Part shown: piece by piece, positions 10,769 through 19,525 of the stretch
How positions within the stretch are numbered: the first letter of the stretch is position 1
Layout of the letters: every line of letters begins with the position of its first letter
DNA from: an uncultured Gemmatimonadales bacterium
Lineage (GTDB): Bacteria > Gemmatimonadota > Gemmatimonadetes > Gemmatimonadales > Gemmatimonadaceae
Direction: 5' to 3'
DNA: 64,000 nt
NCBI GenBank assembly: GCA_963701965.1
Contig: OY969695.1
Coordinates: 3,072,001 to 3,136,000, forward strand
Made by a program: the position numbers and the translations under genes
Notes under the pieces: generated by a model
Told to the model about the DNA's origin: nothing
Database searches by the model: none
What the model saw: the letters and a program-made list of their open reading frames with translations, nothing else

Positions 10769-11329
10769 CTACAAGTTCGATGCACCGCGAGATGACGCCT
10801 CCGCATCAGCGCCGAAGCCTATGCGGCGCGACGGCTCATCCGGCGGCGATGCCACGAGCTCGCGTATCGCGTCGAACACGACCGCGAATTGCTGATCGTA
10901 TCGAGATTCAAGATCGTCGAGACGGCACGCGAGTTCGACCTGCGTTAGGAGCATCGACCGCAGTCGGCCGAATGCTCGCATGATCGCGATGTTCACCTGT
11001 ACGGCGCGCTCACTGGTGAGCACGCTTGAAAGCATAGCGACGCCGTACTCCGTGAACGCCAGGGGTGGCTTTCGCACGCCCATCCGTTCGCGATTGGATA
11101 TCACAATCTGTGATTTCCAATCTTCGATCTCGTCCGTTGTGAGCTGGAACATGAAATCGGACGGGAAACGATCAATGTGTCGCCGGACTGCCTGGTTCAG
11201 AGTTCGTGTTTCGACGTCGTACAGCTCGGCGAGGTCGCGATCGAGCATCACCTTCCGGCCCCGAAGGAGAAGAATGCGTTGCTCGATGACAGCAGTGCGC
11301 GCGACGATGGCAGATGTGTCTTTCGGCAC
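10769..11329 (-). CDS. ORF6N-domain (KilA-N-like) DNA-binding protein
   Basis: RGRKVMLDRDLAELYDVETRTLNQAVRR...FPSDFMFQL...AFTEYGVAMLSSVL. Confidence 0.9.
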   Translation of the reverse strand: MPKDTSAIVARTAVIEQRILLLRGRKVMLDRDLAELYDVETRTLNQAVRRHIDRFPSDFMFQLTTDEIEDWKSQIVISNRERMGVRKPPLAFTEYGVAMLSSVLTSERAVQVNIAIMRAFGRLRSMLLTQVELACRLDDLESRYDQQFAVVFDAIRELVASPPDEPSRRIGFGADAEASSRGASNL

Positions 11330-11569
11330 AGCGGGTCAAGGATGATAGGTGTTTTTTTGTCAACATAGCGACCTTTGCCCGCGCTCGCGCCATCGCCGAC
11401 AGAGCGGACGCATCGAACAAACGTGCAACCTATTCCACCACCGCGTTGAGCGAAACGTCGATATTCGAACGGCGGCCAGTATCGAGGGTGCCGGTGTGCT
11501 GGTCAGCATTCGACGCGAGGCCGGGATCGCAACCGTCTCGCGCGTGCCTGTCGACGGCGTTCAGCGCAT

Positions 11570-11738
11570 CGGCAACGACACCAGCAGTAGGCGACACGGA
11601 GCCCTTTTTCACCGTCGAGACCTGAAACGGGCCGATGTCCGTGCTGTGTCGCTCCTTCGTGTAGCGGATCCCGTTCGCCGCGAGCACCACGACACCTAGC
11701 ACGATGAGTACGACCCCGACGAACCCTGTGAGCCGCAT
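11570..11738 (-). pseudogene. Small membrane protein (DUF3185-like), apparently 3'-truncated
   Basis: GVVLIVLGVVVLA...YTKERHSTDIGPFQV; the expected second hydrophobic helix is missing. Confidence 0.45.
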
Positions 11739-11815
11739 TACCTACCCCCTTTCTCCGGGTCACCGGCCTAAGGGCAAGAGGGATACCCGAGGACGCTCCC
11801 TGCTGCGTTTGGACT

Positions 11816-12283
11816 CTAGCGCGTGTCGCCGCGCCGAAAGGCTCGTAGCGCCGCGCGCCACCAAGACAACTGATACGCGGACCGCAGCGTCAAGCCCGCG
11901 CCTGGCCCTGGCCGCTCGTCCGCCAGTCGCTGCAGACGCGGCAAGCTCAGCATGGCGGTGTACCGGTGCGCGAGGTATCCCTCGAGCAACGCGGCCTCGG
12001 CCAGACCGCCCCCGGGGGCCGTCTGGGCGTATGCTCGTTGAAAGAGATCGTCGATCGCTCCCATCGACGCGGTCGCGCGCTCCGCGTCCGGCTCCCCGCG
12101 CGCCAGCACGTGCGTCAAGCGGCTCAACTCGGTGAGCTCATTGGCCGACCACGGCACGCGACCGCGCGGTGGCAGGGTCGCGGTCGGCAGCGCGGCGACG
12201 AAGTCGAGCAAGCGAATTGAGAGGTAGGACAGTTCGCCGGCGGTCTCGCGCCACTCTGTCCCTCGGTCGTCCGAACTCACCAC
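11816..12283 (-). CDS. Hypothetical protein
   Basis: 155-aa ORF with plausible composition and no recognised motif. Confidence 0.4.
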   Translation of the reverse strand: MVSSDDRGTEWRETAGELSYLSIRLLDFVAALPTATLPPRGRVPWSANELTELSRLTHVLARGEPDAERATASMGAIDDLFQRAYAQTAPGGGLAEAALLEGYLAHRYTAMLSLPRLQRLADERPGPGAGLTLRSAYQLSWWRAALRAFRRGDTR

Positions 12284-12439
12284 TTGGGCCGCTCCGCTTG
12301 GCGGGATGCGCGCGCTGTCATGAAGCCGCGCGCTGATGGATCATACAGGAATGCTCGCGCAGGCGCCTCCCAACTCCGGCGTTCCGCCGGTCGTTCGCTC
12401 CGCCCGGGGTGCGGGCCGCTCGTATCACTTCACCAACCT

Positions 12440-12510
12440 CTGTGTCTCTTTCCAGTCGCCCAGTTTTCGACGGCTCGTTCATCGCCGAGAATCCTGTCGG
12501 AGTCGGGCCG
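12440..12510 (-). pseudogene. Short 3' remnant of the same integrase
   Basis: ttcgacggctcgttcatc identical to ~822-839 (MNEPSK). Confidence 0.7.
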
Positions 12511-12529
12511 CTTGGGGGCCGTTTCCTGC

Positions 12530-12781
12530 CGCCGATGTCGCGGATGGCAGGCATACATGTCCGGAAACTCTAGCACCGACGCTCGGTTTCCTTCGCAAGC
12601 CCGGCAAATGGTTGGCTTATAGTGACTTACACGTGCGAGTGTTAACCGGGAGATCGCTGGTTCAAATCCAGCCGCCCCGGTTTTTTTAACTCTTTCAAAA
12701 TTTGCAACCTGCAGAGCGAGCGCTCAGGCTTCGAGTGCTCGGGGGCGCGTTGGGGCGCGTAATACGCGCCCCCGACCGGTG
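12530..12781 (+). repeat. att junction 3: L2 arm, tRNA-Asn core (12637-12680) and R1 arm
   Basis: Core plus ~100 bp nearly identical to 698-797. Confidence 0.92.
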
Positions 12782-14013
12782 GACCCCCGCCCCGCCAGGT
12801 CGGACACGGCGTCGATGGCCGTGTCGACTTCGGCCTCGGTGTTGTAGTAGTGCGGCGAGAGGCGCAGGCACCAGTCGACGTGCTTGTCGGTGAAATCGTA
12901 CTGCGCGAAGTCGTGGAAGCTGAGCGCCGAGTTGATGCGGCACGCGTCCATGGCCCGCTTGCACGGCTGCGCCTCCCAGCCGGCGACGTCGAAGGTGACG
13001 AGCGCCGCCGGGTCAGGACCGCGGTCCAAGACGCGCACGCCCGGGAGCGCGGCGAGGCCTTCACGCAGGCGTGCCGCGAGCCCCGTCGCGCGCGGGGCGA
13101 TCACGTCGAGTCCCACGCGCAAGGCGTAGCGCGCCGCCTCCGCGCAGCCGAGCACGGTGGCGTAGGGGAACTCCCATTCCTCGAACCGTGCCGCCGTCTC
13201 CACGGCAGCGTATTGCAGCGGCTCGACCCAGCGTGCCCCGTACATGTCGATGAACAGCGGCTCGTAGCCCGCGCGCAGCACGCGGTCGGCGACGTAGAGG
13301 AATCCCGAGCCGCGCGGACCGCGGAGGAACTTCCGGCAGGTGGCCGTGAGCAGGTCGCAGCCGATCGCCCGGACATTGATCGCGCGCTGGCCGAGCGACT
13401 GGCAGGCGTCGACAATGTAGAGCAGGTCGAGATCACGGCAGTGCCGCCCGATGTCTGCCACCGGCTGCACGAGGCCCGAGTTTGTGGGCACGTGCGTGAC
13501 GGCGACGAGCCGTGGCCGCCGGGCGCGCATGAGCGCCACCATCGCGTCGACATCGACGCCGGCGCCGTCAGGCAGGTCGGGCGCGTGCACCACGTCGACT
13601 CCGCTGCGCTTCCGGAGCGCGAGGAAAGCGATCTGGTTCGAGATGAAGTCGTTCCGCGTTGTCAGAATGACGTCGCCCGGCTGGAACGGGATCGCCGAGA
13701 GGGCCTTGGAGTAGGCGTCCGTTGCGCTGCCGGCGAACGCGATATTGCGCGGCGCGGCGCCGATGAGCGCCGCCGTCTGATCGTAGAAGCCGCGCACCGC
13801 TTCGGCGCGCGCCGCCGCGGCTTCGTAGCCGCCGATCCGCGCCTCCAGCTCGAGGTGATCGAGCATTGCTTGGAGGACGGGACGGGCGAGGAGGCCGCAG
13901 CCGGCGTTGTTGAGGTGCACCACTTCGGCACATCCGGGCGTGTCGGCCCGCAACGCGGCGACATTGAGAAGTGGTTCGCTTGTGCCGCCGATAGCGCTAT
14001 CGTATGTTGACAT
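12724..14013 (-). CDS. Class V PLP-dependent aminotransferase / cysteine desulfurase-like C-S lyase
   Basis: HLNNAG, IVDACQSLG, ATCRKFLRGPRG, LRLSPHYYN; likely start MSTYDS at 14013. Confidence 0.9.
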   Translation of the reverse strand: MSTYDSAIGGTSEPLLNVAALRADTPGCAEVVHLNNAGCGLLARPVLQAMLDHLELEARIGGYEAAAARAEAVRGFYDQTAALIGAAPRNIAFAGSATDAYSKALSAIPFQPGDVILTTRNDFISNQIAFLALRKRSGVDVVHAPDLPDGAGVDVDAMVALMRARRPRLVAVTHVPTNSGLVQPVADIGRHCRDLDLLYIVDACQSLGQRAINVRAIGCDLLTATCRKFLRGPRGSGFLYVADRVLRAGYEPLFIDMYGARWVEPLQYAAVETAARFEEWEFPYATVLGCAEAARYALRVGLDVIAPRATGLAARLREGLAALPGVRVLDRGPDPAALVTFDVAGWEAQPCKRAMDACRINSALSFHDFAQYDFTDKHVDWCLRLSPHYYNTEAEVDTAIDAVSDLAGRGSTGRGRVLRAPTRPRALEA

Positions 14014-14017
14014 ATAT

Positions 14018-15454
14018 ATGAGTAGCGTTATCGACACCCTCGTGTCAACCCTCCGCACCGAGATTGCCCGGCGCGCGCCCGGCGAACAGCTCCCGAGCAG
14101 CCGCGACCTCGTGCGCCGCCACGGGGTCGGCCCCGTGACCGTCGCCCGTGCGATGGCGCGGCTCGCCGCCGAGGGGGTGGTGGTCACGCGCCCTGGCAGC
14201 GGCACGTTCGTGGCGCCGCGCGGACTGCGCGCCGCCGGCGACACCATTGACACATCGTGGCAGGCGGTTGTGCTCGGCGACCGCAGTGTGGATGCGCGCG
14301 CAGTGATTGCGGCGTTTCGCCCGCCGCCCCCCGACGCCATCGCGCTCGCCAGCGGCTACTTGCACCCCTCACTCCAGGCGACGGGGGTTCTCAGTGCGGC
14401 GCTCGCTCGCGCTGCGCGCCGCCCAGACGCGTGGGACCGCGCGCCAGCGATGGGGCTCCCGCCGCTGCGCGCGCTGTTCGCCCGGTTCGTGGGAGGCGAC
14501 GTCACGCCGGATGATGTGTTGATCACGAGCAGCGGGCAGACCGCGCTTGCGACCGCCGTCCGGGCGCTCGCGGCCCCGGGCAGTCCGGTGGTTGTGGAGA
14601 CGCCAACGTACCCAGGCGCCATTGCCGTCATGCGGGCCGCCGGACTGCGCCCGGTTCCCGTGCCCATAGACGCGGACGGCATCCGTCCAGACCTGCTTGC
14701 TGAAGCGTTCGCGTCCAGCGGGGCCCGAGCACTCTACTGCCAGCCGACCTTCCACAATCCGACCGGCACTGTCCTCGCCGCCGAGCGGCGGACGGCGGTC
14801 CTCGACGTCGCACGCGCGTACGGCGCCTTCGTGATCGAGGACGACTTCGCCCGCTTCCTCGGCCATGGCGGTCGCGTACCGCGCCCGCTCATCGCCGAAG
14901 ATCGCGACGGCGCCGTCGTCTATCTGACCTCGCTCACGAAGCCGGCCGCGCCGAGTCTGCGCGTGGGGGCGCTGATCGCTCGCGGCCCGGTGATGGAACG
15001 GTTGCATGCCATGCGGCTCATCAACGACTTCTTCGTTGCGCGCCCGCTGCAAGAGGCGGCTGTCGAGCTGCTCGGCGCTCCCGCGTGGGAGCGACACATC
15101 CGCGCGCTCGGCGCCGAGCTCCGCGCGCGCTGCGCCGCGCTCGTCGCGGCCCTCGCGCGCGAGACGCCCGAGTGGACCGTGACCCGCGTTCCCACCGGTG
15201 GCCTGCACCTGTGGGTCCGACTTCCGCCAGCGGACGCGGAGGCCGCCGAGCGCGCCTCGGCGTCTGGCGTGGTGGTCGGCGCAGGTCGCGAGTTCTTCCC
15301 CGCCGAGGAACCGGGTCCTTACTTGCGCCTGAGCTTCGCTGCGGCGACCGATGTGGACGAACTCGCCGAGGCTGCGCATCGCTTCGCCGAGGCGCGTCTC
15401 GGGAGTCACTTCCCGTCCGCTGCGGCGAAGGGGAGGAAGAAGAGGGCCCAGTGA
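14018..15454 (+). CDS. MocR/GabR-family regulator (GntR wHTH plus aminotransferase-like domain)
   Basis: GEQLPSSRDL...RPGSGTFV; PTFHNPTG, IEDD, SLTKPAAPSLRVG. Confidence 0.92.
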   Translation: MSSVIDTLVSTLRTEIARRAPGEQLPSSRDLVRRHGVGPVTVARAMARLAAEGVVVTRPGSGTFVAPRGLRAAGDTIDTSWQAVVLGDRSVDARAVIAAFRPPPPDAIALASGYLHPSLQATGVLSAALARAARRPDAWDRAPAMGLPPLRALFARFVGGDVTPDDVLITSSGQTALATAVRALAAPGSPVVVETPTYPGAIAVMRAAGLRPVPVPIDADGIRPDLLAEAFASSGARALYCQPTFHNPTGTVLAAERRTAVLDVARAYGAFVIEDDFARFLGHGGRVPRPLIAEDRDGAVVYLTSLTKPAAPSLRVGALIARGPVMERLHAMRLINDFFVARPLQEAAVELLGAPAWERHIRALGAELRARCAALVAALARETPEWTVTRVPTGGLHLWVRLPPADAEAAERASASGVVVGAGREFFPAEEPGPYLRLSFAAATDVDELAEAAHRFAEARLGSHFPSAAAKGRKKRAQ

Positions 15455-16419
15455 GAGCCGCGGGCGACGGGGCGCGCCCGTGCCTCGCGTCAAATGACGC
15501 GGCGAGGACGATGCCGTTGACCAAATGAACGTGGTCGTCCCGAAACAGCACGCCATTTTCTGCCACCTCTCGCGCGAGCTCGCGGAGGACGGTGTCATGT
15601 ACAACGCCGTTTCGGGGCCGTACGTGCCTCACGATTCTATTTACAGGACGACGCTAGACGGTCCGTCGGCGAACTCCGCAACGAGCTAAGTCCCGGCCCA
15701 ATCGTAAGGGGGCCAAAATGGCGAGCAGTCGCGAGGGCCGGTGGAGCGTGCTACAACTCTGTTTTGCTACCACTGCAAGCAGTCTATTGTGGTCATAGAG
15801 GAATGATGGGTTAGCGGCCGACAATGGCGTGAAGCGGAGATCGGCGGAGACCTAACGTGGCGGGGAATATTTTGGTGGCTGCGTCCGGCGACGCAGATGT
15901 CTACCGACGTTCCCGGGGTCGATTAGCGCATGTCTGGTAGAAGCAGGACGTAGCACTTGGGCAAACTGCCCGTGAGCCGCGGCCGTCATGGCGCGCGCCT
16001 GAACGCGCGCCCCTTGATGCCCCGTGTCTTATACGCGGTATGCGATTGGGGTAGGCCGACAAAGCCCGACAGTGGCCCAGAGGAAATCGAGTTATCAACA
16101 TCGTAGATTCGTCGTAATGGTCACATATAAATCCCCGGTTCTCTCGGGCTGCGGCCGGTGGTTGGAAGTTGACCTCTGTATTCCCCATCAGACGGTCGGC
16201 TGGACAGTAATCGGAGGCGGTCAACGTCAAGCACAGCGCGTTTTCTGGCACAGCGTCGGCGGCGAGGATTTGGGGCTGGGGGTGGATGCGAGGCAGCTGT
16301 TCGAAGACCGGCGCCGGCAGCGAGCCGGGGATGTCGAGGGTGTGGGCTTTCTAACAGGTTGTGTACTAGCAGAGTTCGTCGAAAGACAATGCCATCGTGG
16401 TCCGTTGTCGGCGAGGTGC

Positions 16420-16835
16420 ATAGCCACTGTGGGATTGAGGAACGCACTCAGGATTGGTAATCCGCCAAGTCCGGACGCGATCTCTCCAAGTACGATCAAC
16501 ATTCTCTTGCAGACTTCCTGTCCACTAGTGAGTGTGCTTCGTTGGAGACCTTGTCGCTCGTGGCAGAGGCTCGAACCTTAGCGATGTTAGAGGGACAGGT
16601 TCCGAGCGCAGTGGATTCCTCGTTCGCGACGGGCACCGGAACAGATTGCATTGTTGTTGCTTCCCCTCTGCCCTCGAGCAGCGGACCCGGACGTTCCTTC
16701 GCGGGCAAACACACAGTGATTGGCCATCTCATTGGTTCTTGCGTCTACGAGGCGGTAACTCAGGGGATTCGGCAGCCCTCAGCAGGGAGTGGGCACGGCC
16801 TGAGCGGAGCGGCCCTCACGGCACCTCACCCTTGA
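16420..16835 (+). pseudogene. cbiZ: Adenosylcobinamide amidohydrolase (CbiZ-like) fragment
   Basis: TINILL, AEART, ATGTGTDCIVV and AGKHTVIGHLIG in two frames; N-terminus absent. Confidence 0.75.
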
Positions 16836-16966
16836 CGCACTGTTCCGGCGTTTTGATCCCGCCAACCACATAGGACACCGACGAACCGCGTGAGCTGGGT
16901 GCAGAGCATCGGGACGCTGTGGCATTGTCGGACAGAACAACCTTGCGGCGACTGGCACTGACGCGG

Positions 16967-17095
16967 TTACCCGCCGGCCGTGGCGATGACGAAGATGTAG
17001 TCCCCAACATCATCACGAGCCTCTGCCACGACACGATCGATGCGTCCCGACGCGAGATCCGCTTCGAGCCGAGCGAGTCCCGACGCCAACTCTTG
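16967..17095 (-). pseudogene. 3' remnant of a methyltransferase paralogous to 38816-39604
   Basis: GLARLEADLASGRIDRVVA...DDVGDYIFVIATAG shared by both copies. Confidence 0.8.
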
Positions 17096-17486
17096 GGCGT
17101 GTAGGCGATCACGCAGGGGTTGGTGCGTGCGTCGATGGTCTTCTCGCCAATCGCCGGCTCCGGCCACACAAGCGACAGACCGGTCTGCGTCATCCGCGAC
17201 CAAACTCGGGCGTGCGGTGACGCCACTGGGAAGGGCAGGCGACCACTTACCGTATCGTCCACAGCGCGCTCCATCGTCGAAGGAGGCCGAGCATAACGAC
17301 TTCTTCGTGCGCGATGTATGGGCGAATCGACACGGTGATCGCGTCGGTATCGCCGAACGAACTTCGAGGCGGCTCAACTTGTAATGAGTCCAATCGACGT
17401 GAATCTCAACGGTTGCGGGAATATCGTGGAAGGTTTGCATCGCTGTCCACTGCCGATTACGCGCAAGTCAGTCCGCCCCGATGTTG

Positions 17487-17928
17487 TCAGTGGTGATGCG
17501 GGTGGTCATTGTCGTGCGTCTGCCAGGGACCCACCGCCGTGCCGATGATAATCGTATCCACGTCGGCGCCCATTGTATGCTCCACATTGGCAGGCACGAA
17601 GACGTAGCTCCCGACCGGGTAAATCGTTGATTCCGTTTTGTCAGGACTCGGTCCCACAGCAAGCCTCAGCCCCCCGGAGATCACCGCCACGTGGGCGTCC
17701 TGATTGTGCGAGTGGGCGTAGTGGTCCCAGGATCCGGCGGGAATGAATGCGGCGTAAGTGAACTCCTTGCCGGGCGCATTCTTGTCACCTTCCAGAACTG
17801 AATACTTCGATCCGTCCGGAAAAGTGTGCTGCCAAGTGATGTTCTTGGCATCCCAGGACTTTAGTGTCGGACTGCGCTAGAGCGGACGACGAGGCAAGTA
17901 CCACACACACTGCCAGGGCGATCTTCAT
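17487..17928 (-). pseudogene. Secreted cupin-domain protein, frameshifted near 17870
   Basis: Signal peptide MKIALAVCVVLASSSALAQ; HSH...VISG...GSYVFVPANVEH cupin motifs in a second frame. Confidence 0.7.
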
Positions 17929-18419
17929 AAATCCTCGCTGAAGTTACATGATGTCGTGATTCCGACTGGCAGAATCACGCGCAGTCAACGTAAGTCAAGC
18001 GGGATGGAGTCACCATCCGATTCTTGCGCTCAAAGTGTTGTGTTCCTCGCGCCTACTCGTGACCCGCTCCCGCCACGCGCCAGTCGTGACGTGGCTTCCT
18101 CAAGTCTGCACGATCCTGAGCGAATCGAGCTTGACGTGCGACCCAATCGTTGCCGGTGGAGTCCTGGCTGAAAACTGCTGGAGAATTCCTCTTGTTCATT
18201 CTCTTGTATCGGTCTTCTCGCCTGGCTTCAAAAACGAGGCGTCGTTCAGGTACCTGTCGCGATGGACGGCACCGACGCTCGCTCTTGACAGCGCTGGCGG
18301 GGCACCGCGCCTTCGCACTTCAGTCCCGTGAGGCCGAGGGCAAGGTGTCGCGCGACGCCGATGCAGCGGCTGAGCCTGCGTTACGGAATCGGGTCCTTTT
18401 CAGCGCTTAGGACTATACC

Positions 18420-18600
18420 CCGCCCCAGTTTGTAATACTCACTACGTCACTGAGTTAGAAGGGACGCGATCGCCGCCGAGCAATTCTTCGTCCGCGACTT
18501 CCAACGGCACCCGTCGCGACGCCAACGGCACCTGAAGCCACAGAACCGCGAAATGCCGCCTCAACGTGTCTGATCGCCCGGTGTACGAACGGCGATCGCC
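18420..18600 (+). repeat. att junction 4: last 9 nt of the tRNA core (ccgccccag) plus R2 arm
   Basis: ccgccccagtttgtaat...gagttagaaggg matches 10550-10593. Confidence 0.85.
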
Positions 18601-18707
18601 TGCGCCAACACAACCGCGGGGTCGGGTCTAACTCGTCGCCCGGCGTGCGGTCAGGCGTGCTGCAGTCTGTTGTGATCGGGGACGCATAGAGACAGGAGAC
18701 CATCACC

Positions 18708-19075
18708 ATGACCGCCAACGCTCGCCCGCTCGATTTCACCAAGCCGCACGTGCTGCGCAACGCGATGGAGCATCGCGCCGCCGTTCGCGAGATCGACACG
18801 CTCCTCGACCGCGATTCCCGGCGCAGCAGCGACGAGTAGGACCGACCGAAGTTTCTGTCGGTTCTCGTCCAGCGTACGAGGACGAGCATTTCCCGTGGGA
18901 GGAGCTGGAGCGCAGCGGCACGCCGCAAAGCGCGGTCGCGTTCGTGCTGGAGCAACGCGGAATGACGCGCGCGGAGCTCGCGTCGCTCATGGGTGGACGC
19001 AGTCGCGTGTCCGAGCTCTCGCCGGCAAGGTCAGTCTATCCTTGACGCAGGTTCGGACACTCAGCGCCGACCTTG
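18708..19075 (+). pseudogene. HigA-family HTH antitoxin with an internal stop and frameshifts
   Basis: YEDEHFP...LEQRGMTRAELASLMGGRSRVSE; in-frame TAG at ~18837; GGAG RBS. Confidence 0.75.
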
Positions 19076-19160
19076 CGCCCGGCCAGCGCCGCATGACCCG
19101 GCTGCGTGATGGCCAGCCGGGACGATCCATTGGAAAGAATGATGATCTGGAAATGTAGAC

Positions 19161-19189
19161 TTGACTTTGCTGTCGGCAGACGACAACAA
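19161..19189 (+). promoter_or_regulatory. Promoter and palindromic operator of padR
   Basis: TTGACT followed by ttgcTGTCG-gcaga-CGACAacaa just before the ATG. Confidence 0.6.
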
Positions 19190-19195
19190 TAAGAC

Positions 19196-19525
19196 ATGAG
19201 TCCTGACGACCGGCTCCAAGGCACGCTGGACCTGCTCATCCTGCGCACGCTGGCTGGTGAGCCACTGCACGGGTGGGCGATCTCGCGGCGGATCCGCGAG
19301 CGGTCCGGCGATGTCCTCCAAGTGAACCAAGGGTCACTGTACCCTGCGCTGCACCGGCTAGAGAGCGAGGGCTGGTTGGCAGCCGAATGGTTGGTTGCCG
19401 AGTCCGGGCGCCGGGCAAAAGTGTATAAACTGACGCCGCCGGGACGCCGTGCGTGCGAGCGTGAAGAACGGGGCTGGCTCGCTTTCGTCGCCGCGGTCAC
19501 GCAGGTGCTCCAACCGGCGTTATGA
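19196..19525 (+). CDS. PadR-family regulator (acidobacterial type)
   Basis: LQGTLDLLILRTL...HGWAI...GSLYPALHRLE. Confidence 0.92.
   Translation: MSPDDRLQGTLDLLILRTLAGEPLHGWAISRRIRERSGDVLQVNQGSLYPALHRLESEGWLAAEWLVAESGRRAKVYKLTPPGRRACEREERGWLAFVAAVTQVLQPAL

Noticed and set aside
15460..16400. Intact genes in this interval
   Set aside because: Only stop-interrupted fragments; no family can be assigned with confidence.
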